DNA from: an uncultured Eubacteriales bacterium
GTDB lineage: Bacteria; Bacillota; Clostridia; Oscillospirales; CAG-272
DNA: 64,000 nucleotides
Reading direction: 5' to 3'
NCBI GenBank assembly: GCA_900545935.1
Contig: URAP01000001.1
Location: forward strand, 65,064 to 129,063
Shown: piece after piece, positions 46,410 through 55,782 of the stretch
How the letters are laid out: each line of letters begins with the position of its first letter
How positions within the stretch are numbered: position 1 is the first letter of the stretch
Translations under genes and position numbers: made by a program
The notes under the pieces: generated by a model
The model's database searches: none
What the model was told of the DNA's origin: nothing
Seen by the model: only the letters and a program-made list of their open reading frames with translations

Positions 46410-48350
46410 TTATTTTTCGACTTCGGCACCGCCGTTTTCGATATGGGTGGTCTCTCCGTCGGTGTGTGCTGTCTCGCGATCGGAAGCCTCCGGAGAATGC
46501 TCAGGCACAGCCGCCTTATCGGAGCTGCGATGCTTACCCTTTTCGCTCTTTTTGTCCTTTTTGCCCTTCTCGATGGGCTCTGCTGCAGGAGCGGGAGCAG
46601 CTGCTACTGCATTCGCCGATGCGGCAATGCGAGCCATCTCTTCCTCCTCGAGCATGCGGTATGCGACCTTTCCGACCAGCGTTTTCGGCATATCGTCTCG
46701 AAATTCGATGTCGTAAGGCATAGCGTACTTGGCTATGTTCTTGCGGCAGTAGGCGAGCAGCACCTGTTTTGTTTCGTCGTTCGCGGGAACACCCGCAGCG
46801 AGCTTGACAAATGCCTTTACCTTCTGCATCTTATACGGATCGGGCACACCGATAACACAGCTCATTTGAACATATTCGTGTGCATCGAGAATGTTCTCTA
46901 TCTGACCCGGATAAACATTGTAGCCGGAGGTGATTATCATGCGCTTTGCTCTTCCGCGGAAGTATACAAAGCCCTCCGTATCCATCATACCGAGGTCGCC
47001 TGTGTGGACCCATGTCAGACCGTCGTCGCCGACGCGAAGAGTCTCGGCGGTCTCGTCGGGATGATTCATATATTCCTTCATTACGGTAGGACCGGCGAGC
47101 AGTATCTCACCCTCCTCACCGTAAGGAAGCTCCTCCCCGCTCTCGCGATTAACGATCTTGATATATGTATCCGGGAACGGAACACCGATGCTCCCCTCCT
47201 TAAACATATGCGGAGGAGTAAGGCAGCAAGCGGTGACCGTCTCGGTCGTGCCATAGCCCTCGCGTACCTGAATAACACTCTTATGATCGTATAGGAAACG
47301 GTCAAGCTTCTTTTTAAGCTCGACGGAAAGCGAATCTCCGCCGGAGAATACACCCTTTAGGCAGGAGAGGTCGGTTCCGTTCATTGTCGACAGGCGAAGC
47401 AGCGCCTCATAGAGCGTTGGCACGCCCGCAATAAAATTGCATCTGTATTTTATCAGCAGCTTTGCATAGCTCTTAGCGGTGAAGCGAGGAACAAGTATAC
47501 ATCTTCCGCCCTGAGAGAGCATTGTGTGGATGCACACGCCGAGACCGAAGCCGTGGAAAAGCGGCATGGCTGCAAGCATGGTATCGCCAGGGCGAAACAT
47601 CGGATTTGCAGCGATGACCTGCTGACCGAGTGCGTTGAAGTTGAGATTTGTCAGCACGATTCCCTTCGTCGTTCCGGTCGTACCACCGGAATAAAGAATG
47701 ACAGCGGGATCGGTTGGCTTGCGCTTGACGCGATAATTATAGAAGCAGCTCTTACCGAGACGTATAAACTCCTTCCATCTGATAATCGGCGCGTCGTCCG
47801 GTATCTTTGCTATCTTTCTGCCCTCGGTGAGCATGTAGCCGGTGCGCAGCGGATTCGACAGCTCATCCTTTATGCTCGCGATAACAATATTGACGAGCGG
47901 CGTATTCTGTCTGATACGCTCAAACTTTCCGTAAAATTGATCGAGCGTTATCGCGGTAACGCTGCCGGACTCACAGAGATAGAATTCTATCTCCTTCTCT
48001 GCCGACAGCGGATGTATCATATTTGCTATACCGCCGATAAGGTTGACGGCATAGAACATGTATATTGCCTGCGGACAGTTCGGCATGGCGATGGTGACTC
48101 TGTCGCCCTCGCGCACACCTATAGTACGCAGCGAGCGCGCGCAGGAATGCACCATCTCGACAAGGTGAGAATAGGTCTGTCCTCTGCCCATAAAGTCAAA
48201 GGCAACGGCGCGCGGATTTTTGCGTGCGACAGCCTCTACAGCCTCAAACATCGTACCGGCAAAATAGTCAAGATGCATCGGAACTCCGCCGAGATGTCCC
48301 TCCCACGGAGTCTTGACCCGAACCGGTGCTGCGGGTATTTCAAACTTCAT
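46410..48350 (-). CDS. AMP-forming acyl-CoA ligase / adenylating enzyme with a disordered C-terminal tail
   Basis: ANL motifs ILYSGGTTGTTKG, REGYGTTET, HTGDLG and PKTLVGKVAYR. The last roughly 90 aa are Ala/Pro/Lys/Glu-rich. Confidence 0.88.
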   Translation of the reverse strand: MKFEIPAAPVRVKTPWEGHLGGVPMHLDYFAGTMFEAVEAVARKNPRAVAFDFMGRGQTYSHLVEMVHSCARSLRTIGVREGDRVTIAMPNCPQAIYMFYAVNLIGGIANMIHPLSAEKEIEFYLCESGSVTAITLDQFYGKFERIRQNTPLVNIVIASIKDELSNPLRTGYMLTEGRKIAKIPDDAPIIRWKEFIRLGKSCFYNYRVKRKPTDPAVILYSGGTTGTTKGIVLTNLNFNALGQQVIAANPMFRPGDTMLAAMPLFHGFGLGVCIHTMLSQGGRCILVPRFTAKSYAKLLIKYRCNFIAGVPTLYEALLRLSTMNGTDLSCLKGVFSGGDSLSVELKKKLDRFLYDHKSVIQVREGYGTTETVTACCLTPPHMFKEGSIGVPFPDTYIKIVNRESGEELPYGEEGEILLAGPTVMKEYMNHPDETAETLRVGDDGLTWVHTGDLGMMDTEGFVYFRGRAKRMIITSGYNVYPGQIENILDAHEYVQMSCVIGVPDPYKMQKVKAFVKLAAGVPANDETKQVLLAYCRKNIAKYAMPYDIEFRDDMPKTLVGKVAYRMLEEEEMARIAASANAVAAAPAPAAEPIEKGKKDKKSEKGKHRSSDKAAVPEHSPEASDRETAHTDGETTHIENGGAEVEK

Positions 48351-49219
48351 CAGTAATCGACCTCCTCGGAGAGCGGCTGCTCGAGCAGCTCGGGGTTTTC
48401 AAGCAGATGGCGCATCAGACGCACCGAGCGCGAGAAATAATAGCCGTCGGCAATGCGCTCATCGACCGTCAGACCGAGGTCGATGCTCATGCGCATCTGA
48501 GCGTTTCCGTCATCATCAAAAAACGGGCGCTTCTTCTTTTCGCCTACAACGACAAAGAGTGAATTCGTTCCCCAGTTAGTCAGGTGGTGATACCCTGCAT
48601 GCAGCTTTATTGAACCGAGGTTGGACAGCATGACCGTCGAATACTGCGGGTCGCTCGCGATAAGTCCTTTCGGCACCCATCCGTGACGGTCACAAAATCT
48701 CATAATACTAAGAAACACTCTCATAACAGGGCGCGGTATCTTAGAGACAATGTCCATGCTTTCCGTAGAAGCATCGTTCTTCTTTACATCCCTGCACTCG
48801 GTTACGATGCGTTCGATTTCCGAATGAATGGTGTCGAGCGTATCGTCGGGATGCGCATGAATAAAGGCAAGCGCCTCACCGGAGGCGTCGGAAAACTGCT
48901 TCTTTACCACGAATGCAGCCGTCAACTCGTTACGCTCGTAAATATTGTTGTTTACGATAAACCGATTCATCTTCGGACGCAGCGTGACCGTACGCAGCAT
49001 TGCGGTGATTATCAGCTGAAATATATTATACTTATAGCCGTCGTTACCCTCATTACGCCGTGCAAGATAATCCTCGGCAGCGCTTAAATCGAGCTGCTCC
49101 GAGATAAAAGCCTCATTATCAGCACGGTTAGGCAGAATATGCGGCACAATTATATGCATTGAATCAAGATCGCGAAGAAGCTTACCGTCCTTACGATCGC
49201 CGAATCTCTTAGCTGACAT
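48350..49219 (-). CDS. 2-oxoacid-dehydrogenase E2 catalytic-domain-like acyltransferase homologue (no lipoyl domain)
   Basis: C-terminal segment LGLTVDERIADGYYFSRSV aligns to the E2 motif S-x-DHR-x-x-DG, with His replaced by Glu. Its stop shares a nucleotide with the ligase ATG (TGATG). Start set at ATG 49219; the ORF-track GTG 49324 has no RBS. Confidence 0.65.
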   Translation of the reverse strand: MSAKRFGDRKDGKLLRDLDSMHIIVPHILPNRADNEAFISEQLDLSAAEDYLARRNEGNDGYKYNIFQLIITAMLRTVTLRPKMNRFIVNNNIYERNELTAAFVVKKQFSDASGEALAFIHAHPDDTLDTIHSEIERIVTECRDVKKNDASTESMDIVSKIPRPVMRVFLSIMRFCDRHGWVPKGLIASDPQYSTVMLSNLGSIKLHAGYHHLTNWGTNSLFVVVGEKKKRPFFDDDGNAQMRMSIDLGLTVDERIADGYYFSRSVRLMRHLLENPELLEQPLSEEVDY

Positions 49220-49605
49220 TACAGTTCCGTTCCCGCCGTGCGGCGAGTTCCTCTCATTATGAATAGCAGTGTCGAAAACACAGATCTTTGCGCGTCGCAG
49301 CAAGCTGCGCAGACGCTCAATCACTATATATTATATATCATTTGTTACGTCTATGCAAGCCTTTTGACCGATTTTTATGTCAAAAAAACATATTTTTTCC
49401 CGACTGTAAAACGGTGCCGAGCAGGTATATACATATCATTTTCACGGAGGTTGCGAGGTAAGCTTATTTCCCGGGAAATATTATCGCAACAGCATCGGCG
49501 AAATCACGGCAGCTCACCAAATCATATATAAAATGGCATTGTGATCCCTTGCCGAGCCACGCGCCATACCATAGCAAACAACAGTCTCCCGTGAGCAGAA
49601 GCGAG

Positions 49606-50475
49606 TCAGCGTCCGCCGAGTAGTTCGGAGCAGACAGCAAGAAGCTCGCGCGCAAGCGGTGCAATTACAGCCCCGCGCTTAGTTATCAGCAGTGTCTCGG
49701 TCTCAAGCGTGGGCTCGGAGAGCGTCTTTATATCAAGCTCGCGGCACATGCTTCGCATGGATGCGGGAAATATCGCGGTCGCAAGCCCTGCACCGACCCA
49801 CAGCATGGCATCGCGAGCATCATCGCAAATGCAGAATACCTCCGGAGTAAGTCCCTGTGACGCAAACGTCGACATTATCAGCTCCTCATACCGACGGTAT
49901 ATTATCAGCTTTCTGCCGATGAGGTCGGCAAGACGGCAGTGATCTGTATATTCGCATTCCGGCGGTGCAGATGTCGGTGAAACGGCAAGCATCGGCTCGT
50001 GAGAGAGGGTCAGACTGTCTACCGAATCGAGCCGCAGCGGTGTTCGAGCGACAGATATATCAATAATTCCGTCGAGCAGCAGCTGAAGCAGCGTATAGCT
50101 TGAGCCGTCGTGCACCTCAAAGCTGACATCGGGATTCAGCAATGCAAACTTCGCTATAAAGGGCAGCACGGTGGGCACTGTCGAGGAGGTAATGCCTATA
50201 CGCAGCACGCGGCGCTTCCCTGCTTCGCTGACCTCCTTTTTTGTCGAATGCGCAAACTCGAGCAGATTTTCCGCCCGCTCATACAACAGCCTGCCCGCCG
50301 CGGTCAGCTCTACCCCCTTCGCACTCCTCGTAAACAGCTCCGCGCCGAGCTCTCCTTCGAGCTGTCGCAGCGAATAGCTGAGCGGTGGCTGCGACATATT
50401 CAGCTTGCGCGCCGCCTCGTTTATACTGCCCGTATCGGCTATCCTTACGAAATATTCCAGCTGTCTCAGTTCCAT
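49606..50475 (-). CDS. LysR-family transcriptional regulator
   Basis: MELRQLEYFVRIADTGSINEAARKLNMSQPPLS HTH. Start at ATG 50475 after GAGGTG. Confidence 0.88.
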   Translation of the reverse strand: MELRQLEYFVRIADTGSINEAARKLNMSQPPLSYSLRQLEGELGAELFTRSAKGVELTAAGRLLYERAENLLEFAHSTKKEVSEAGKRRVLRIGITSSTVPTVLPFIAKFALLNPDVSFEVHDGSSYTLLQLLLDGIIDISVARTPLRLDSVDSLTLSHEPMLAVSPTSAPPECEYTDHCRLADLIGRKLIIYRRYEELIMSTFASQGLTPEVFCICDDARDAMLWVGAGLATAIFPASMRSMCRELDIKTLSEPTLETETLLITKRGAVIAPLARELLAVCSELLGGR

Positions 50476-50628
50476 ACCGCACCTCGTTATATAAAAATAA
50501 TATATCATATAAACAAAAACAATATTATCTGTATTGAGTATAATGTGTTATAATATATTTGTCAATACTAAAATCAAAATCGACCCGTCGGCGCGGTTGC
50601 CGTGCAGGCAGCTCGGAAAGGCTATGAC

Positions 50629-52455
50629 ATGAAACGACTGCTACCATATCTGCGTGAATACCGAAAGGAAAGTATTCTTGCACCGCTGTTCAAGCTACTC
50701 GAGGCAATATTCGATCTGCTTGTACCGCTCGCCGTCGCAAGGATGATAGACGGCGGGGATAACAGAAAAACCGTAATTATCTATTTCTGCGTGCTTATCG
50801 CAATGGCTGTTATAGGACTGACCTGCACCGTCGTAGCGCAGTATTTTTCCGCGCGGGCAAGCGTCGGTTTTGCAGGCAAACTGCGCTGTGCACTGTTCTC
50901 GCGTATTCAGGTATTCTCATATTCCGACATCGACGCAGAGGGCAGCGATACACTTATCACCCGCCTATCCGGCGACATCAACCAGGTGCAGAACGGAGTG
51001 AATATGGGGCTGCGCCTGCTGCTGCGCAGTCCGTTCATCGTATTCGGCTGTACCGTGATGGCATTTACCATCAATGTGCGCTGCGCGCTGATCTTCGCCC
51101 TCACCGTGCCTGTACTATTCGCTATTACATTTCTGATAATGAAGGCGAGTATTCCGCTGTTCGGAAAGGCGCAGTCCGGGCTTGACCGTGTAACACGCAT
51201 GACACGTGAAAATCTCACCGGAGCACGTGTTATCCGCGCATTCTGCCGCGAGGAGAGCGAGATCGAGGAATTCGATGAGAGCAACCGAGCTCTTACGTCG
51301 CTTAACCTCTTTGTCGGCAGACTCTCTGCACTGCTAAACCCGGTAACATATGTCCTGATCAATCTTGCGACTGTTTTTCTTATCAGAGAAGCCGCTGTTC
51401 GTGTCGAGCTCGGCTCGCTCGCACAGGGCGAGGTCGTTGCGCTGTATAACTACATGCTCCAGATTATCGTCGAGCTTATAAAGCTCGCGTCGCTTATCAT
51501 AACGCTCAACCGTTCGCTCGCCTGTGCAGGCAGAGTTGCGGATGTTATGGCAATCGAGCCGAGCATGACTTACGTGCCCGACGGCATCGGCTCTCTTAAA
51601 GACGGCAGCGTCACATTTGACAATGTTTCGTTTACTTATCGCGGCGCGGGTGCGCCGAGTCTTGACGGTATCAGCTTCAGCGCCCTGAGCGGCTCGACGG
51701 TCGGTATCATCGGCGGTACGGGAAGCGGAAAAACGACGCTTATCAACCTTATTCCTCGATTTTATGACGCGACGACCGGCAATATTACGATAGGAGGACA
51801 GGATGTTCGCGGCTATTCGCGCGCCGCACTCGCCGATGCCGTAGGAGTTGTACCGCAAAAGGCGATGCTCTTCAGCGGCACTATTCGCGACAACCTGAAA
51901 TTCGGCGATAAAAATGCAACGGACGAGCAGCTGTGGGCTGCACTCGAGACAGCACAGGCGCGCGAGATAGTCGAAGGCAAGCCAGGAGGTCTTGACAGCG
52001 TCGTTGAGCAGAACGGTCGAAATTTCTCCGGAGGTCAGCGTCAGCGTCTGACGATCGCCCGAGCGCTTGTAAAAAAACCGCAGATACTCATCCTTGACGA
52101 CAGCTCGAGCGCACTCGACTATGCGACCGATGCGGCGCTCCGACGCTCGCTTCGTGCACAAAAGGGCGCGACGACCTTTATCGTTTCGCAGCGTATTGCG
52201 TGCGTACGGGATGCAGATATGATACTCGTACTCGATAACGGCAGGCTTGTCGGGCGAGGAACACACGAGCAGCTGCTCGACGGCTGCGGAGTCTACCGCG
52301 ACATCTACCGCTCGCAGTTTCCTGAGGAAAAGGAAAGCACGGCACAGCGCGGGATAGGCAAAAATGAAAAAACGGCTGCCGCCCGCAATCCATTATCCGA
52401 CAGTGAGAAAAACACAAATGATACCCCGGACGAAAAGGAGGTGCGCAAGGCATGA
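50629..52455 (+). CDS. ABC exporter, fused permease/ATPase (heterodimer half 1)
   Basis: Six-TM N-terminal domain. Walker A GGTGSGKTT, signature FSGGQRQRLTIARAL, Walker B ILILDDS. Confidence 0.88.
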   Translation: MKRLLPYLREYRKESILAPLFKLLEAIFDLLVPLAVARMIDGGDNRKTVIIYFCVLIAMAVIGLTCTVVAQYFSARASVGFAGKLRCALFSRIQVFSYSDIDAEGSDTLITRLSGDINQVQNGVNMGLRLLLRSPFIVFGCTVMAFTINVRCALIFALTVPVLFAITFLIMKASIPLFGKAQSGLDRVTRMTRENLTGARVIRAFCREESEIEEFDESNRALTSLNLFVGRLSALLNPVTYVLINLATVFLIREAAVRVELGSLAQGEVVALYNYMLQIIVELIKLASLIITLNRSLACAGRVADVMAIEPSMTYVPDGIGSLKDGSVTFDNVSFTYRGAGAPSLDGISFSALSGSTVGIIGGTGSGKTTLINLIPRFYDATTGNITIGGQDVRGYSRAALADAVGVVPQKAMLFSGTIRDNLKFGDKNATDEQLWAALETAQAREIVEGKPGGLDSVVEQNGRNFSGGQRQRLTIARALVKKPQILILDDSSSALDYATDAALRRSLRAQKGATTFIVSQRIACVRDADMILVLDNGRLVGRGTHEQLLDGCGVYRDIYRSQFPEEKESTAQRGIGKNEKTAAARNPLSDSEKNTNDTPDEKEVRKA

Positions 52456-54233
52456 GGAAGAACAAAAAGACCGCCGGCATTTCGGCAAAGCAGACCGGTA
52501 AAAAGGTCGGCGGCATGACTACGGTAAAGCAGCTCATGCCCTACCTCGGACGCAGACGCCTCTCCCTGCTGCTGACTCTGCTGCTCGCGGCTGCATCGGT
52601 CGTGCTGCAGCTGTATGTTCCCGTTCTGTTCGGCTCGGCGATAGATGCGCTGTCCGGCGGCGTGGATCATGCAGCCATGGGGCGCAGTCTGTTGCTTGCG
52701 GCGGCACTCGCGGCAGGCTCGGGAGTGTGCACATTCCTCATGAATCTGATTAACAACAATATTACATTCAGGGTCGTCGAGGAGCTGCGCTCGGATGCTA
52801 TCCGACATCTGCAAAAGACACCTCTGTCCTATCTTGACTCGCACAGCACCGGCGATATGCTGAGCCGCGTAACAAGTGATGTTGACATTCTCTCCGACGG
52901 ACTGCTGCTCGGATTCACACAGCTGTTTTCGGGTGTTATTACCATTATCGTGACCCTTGTATTTATGTTCTCGAGAAATATTCTTGTCTCGCTGATCGTC
53001 GTACTGCTGACTCCGCTGTCATTTCTTGTCGCAAGGTTCGTATCCTCACGTTCCTATCGTCTCTTCTGTCGTCAGAGCGAGATACGCGGACGGCAGACCG
53101 CTCTTATAGACGAGTCGGTCGGCGGGCAGAAGGTTATTCGTGCATTCGGCTACGAGGAGCGCGCGCAGCGGAGCTTCGATGAGCTGAACGACGAGCTGAC
53201 GGAATGCAGCACGCAGGCGGTTTTTTACAGCAGCCTTACCAACCCCTCAACCCGCTTTGTAAACAATCTCGTCTATGCGGGCGTTGCGCTTGCGGGCGTT
53301 CTCCTAATCCCCGGCGGCAGTCTGACGGTCGGCGGTCTGTCCGCCCTGCTCGCTTATGCGAACAGATATATGAAGCCGTTCAACGACATCAGCTCTGTCG
53401 TTACCGAGCTGCAAAACGCGCTCGCCTGCGCAGACCGTGTATTTGAGCTGCTCGGCACCGAGACAGAATCCCCCGATGCACCGAGCGAGCTTAACGCACC
53501 GAGCGGGCAGATAGATCTTGACAATGTTTCGTTTTCTTACGATCTCGAGCGCCCGCTGATACGCGATCTCAGCCTACACGCAGAGCCGGGACGTCGCATT
53601 GCGATAGTCGGTCCTACCGGCTGCGGCAAAACGACGCTTATAAATCTGCTGATGCGCTTCTATGATGTTGATGAGGGTGAGATATCTGTTGACGGTCACG
53701 ATATACGCGAGGTTACGCGTCATTCGCTTCGCCGCAGCTACGGTATGGTGCTCCAGGACACATGGCTCAAGAGCGGTACTGTACGCGATAATATCGCATT
53801 CGGCAAGCCCGACGCGACCGACGATGAAATTCTCCGTGCCGCAGAGGCTGCACACTGCCTCGGATTTATCCGCCGTCTGCCGCATGGGCTCAACACAGTA
53901 ATATCGGATGACGGTCTGAGTCAGGGTCAGAAGCAGCTGCTCTGTATCGCTCGCGTTATGCTCTGCCTGCCTCCGATGCTGATACTTGACGAGGCGACCT
54001 CGAGCATTGATACCAATACCGAACTCAAGATTCAGAGTGCATTTGACCGCCTGATGCGCGGCAGGACGAGCTTTATCGTCGCACACAGACTCTCCACCAT
54101 ACGCGATGCGGATATCATTCTCGTAATGCGCGACGGCAGGGTCATTGAGCAAGGAAGTCATGAAGAGCTGCTCGTGCGTCCCGGCAGCTACTATGCAAAG
54201 CTGTATAACAGTCAGTTTGTCCCTTCGGTATAA
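52452..54233 (+). CDS. ABC exporter, fused permease/ATPase (heterodimer half 2)
   Basis: Walker A GPTGCGKTT, signature LSQGQKQLLCIARVM (degenerate), Walker B LILDEATS. ATGA overlap with half 1. Confidence 0.88.
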   Translation: MRKNKKTAGISAKQTGKKVGGMTTVKQLMPYLGRRRLSLLLTLLLAAASVVLQLYVPVLFGSAIDALSGGVDHAAMGRSLLLAAALAAGSGVCTFLMNLINNNITFRVVEELRSDAIRHLQKTPLSYLDSHSTGDMLSRVTSDVDILSDGLLLGFTQLFSGVITIIVTLVFMFSRNILVSLIVVLLTPLSFLVARFVSSRSYRLFCRQSEIRGRQTALIDESVGGQKVIRAFGYEERAQRSFDELNDELTECSTQAVFYSSLTNPSTRFVNNLVYAGVALAGVLLIPGGSLTVGGLSALLAYANRYMKPFNDISSVVTELQNALACADRVFELLGTETESPDAPSELNAPSGQIDLDNVSFSYDLERPLIRDLSLHAEPGRRIAIVGPTGCGKTTLINLLMRFYDVDEGEISVDGHDIREVTRHSLRRSYGMVLQDTWLKSGTVRDNIAFGKPDATDDEILRAAEAAHCLGFIRRLPHGLNTVISDDGLSQGQKQLLCIARVMLCLPPMLILDEATSSIDTNTELKIQSAFDRLMRGRTSFIVAHRLSTIRDADIILVMRDGRVIEQGSHEELLVRPGSYYAKLYNSQFVPSV

Positions 54234-54261
54234 GAACGAGAAAAACACTTTACTTAATATG

Positions 54262-54301
54262 TCAGACGAAGTGAGCATTTCCCCACTTCGTCTGATTTTT
54301 T
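54262..54301 (+). terminator. rho-independent terminator after the ABC exporter pair
   Basis: TCAGACGAAGTG / CACTTCGTCTGA followed by TTTTTT. Confidence 0.8.
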
Positions 54302-54602
54302 GTACGCTGTGAAAAAAAGATATTATTTACCGGTGAAAACCGGTGTGCATCTCGGCAATTTAATCCATGCGGTTTGTCATATAGGGTAGACAAAGCCGAC
54401 CGAATATGCTATAATGCAGAATATTGTCAAAAGCTGCAAGCATCCGGGCACTTATTAATATACAACTCGTTACTTCGATATTGCCCGTCTTCACATGCAG
54501 AGCTCACTTGCTTATCGGTTATGCGGTCGGGCGGAAGCATGTATGCAGCGGAACGATAAAACGAAAGGACGCTCTCTATGTCAGAGCAAAGGTCACAGTA
54601 AT

Positions 54603-55610
54603 ATGCTTGTTCCGGTTCTTCTTTTTATTCTCGGTCTCGTTATGCTCATCAAGGGCGGCGATTGGTTCGTAGACGGCGCGGTTGCCGTTGCGCACCGATT
54701 TCACCTGCCCGAGCTGCTCATCGGCGCTACCATCGTTTCGATAGGAACAACACTGCCCGAGGTCATGGTCTCCGCCACAAGCGCTGTCAGCGGACACGGC
54801 GAGATTGCCTACGGAAATGCTATCGGCTCGGTAATTTGCAACACTGCGCTCATCGCTGCGATAACGGTAGCCGTTCGTCCCGGAAAGGTCGAGCGCCGCT
54901 CGCTCGGACTGCCGGTCGCATTCTTCTTTATCGCAGCGGCAATATATTCGGCTGTCGCATACATTTCGGGAGAATTTACACGACCGGTCGGCATAGTATT
55001 GCTTGTGATATTCGCCGCATATATTGCGTTCAACATCTCCTCGGCGCTCGGCGCACGCAAAAAGGCATCTGCCGACAGTCTGTCCGATATCCAGCCAAGC
55101 GGCAATAACGGAGCCGCTGCGGAAACGGAGAGCGAAATGTCGATGCTCCGTGCCGTTATTTTGCTGATAGTCGGCGCCGCGCTTATCGCTGTCGGTGCAA
55201 ATCTGCTCGTCGATAACGGAACAAAAATCGCAGCCGCACTCGGCGTACCCGAATCGGTAATTGCGCTTACCTTTGTCGCGCTCGGCACTTCTCTGCCCGA
55301 GCTTGTGACCGCGATAACATCGCTCGTCAAGGGACACGGCTCGCTCTCGCTCGGCAATATCGTCGGCGCTAACCTGTTCAATCTCGTGCTCGTATCGGGC
55401 GTTTCCGTGACGCTCTCGCCTTTCGCTATCCCGTGCGAGAAAACTATCGGCGGCATGAACGCCTCTCTTGCGGTAGACATTCCGCTGATGATCGCCGTCA
55501 TGGCTATCCTGACCGTTCCTGCCCTCATTCGCGGAAAGCTCTCACGTGCTCAGGGAATTCTCCTGCTCGCGATTTATGCGGCTTTTTGCGTATTTCAGTT
55601 TGCAGCCTAA
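54603..55610 (+). CDS. CaCA-family sodium/calcium antiporter (YrbG-like)
   Basis: Two alpha-repeat motifs (GTTLPEVMVS and GTSLPELVTA) and a polytopic membrane profile. Start set at ATG 54603. Confidence 0.85.
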   Translation: MLVPVLLFILGLVMLIKGGDWFVDGAVAVAHRFHLPELLIGATIVSIGTTLPEVMVSATSAVSGHGEIAYGNAIGSVICNTALIAAITVAVRPGKVERRSLGLPVAFFFIAAAIYSAVAYISGEFTRPVGIVLLVIFAAYIAFNISSALGARKKASADSLSDIQPSGNNGAAAETESEMSMLRAVILLIVGAALIAVGANLLVDNGTKIAAALGVPESVIALTFVALGTSLPELVTAITSLVKGHGSLSLGNIVGANLFNLVLVSGVSVTLSPFAIPCEKTIGGMNASLAVDIPLMIAVMAILTVPALIRGKLSRAQGILLLAIYAAFCVFQFAA

Positions 55611-55730
55611 ATTAGATTTGTCCAATCGGCAATATTGATATGTATGTGTACAGCGGCTCTGCGAACGGCGGAGACGAAATATACCGAACAGATGGCACAG
55701 AGCCGGCGCGAACAAATTATTTATAAATGT

Positions 55731-55770
55731 AAAAGCAGTACCGCCCGAGTATTCGAGTGATACTGCTTTT
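55731..55770. terminator. bidirectional terminator shared by convergent genes
   Basis: AAAAGCAGTA-20 nt-TACTGCTTTT, with A/T runs on both sides. Confidence 0.65.
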
Positions 55771-55782
55771 AATATTATGTGC

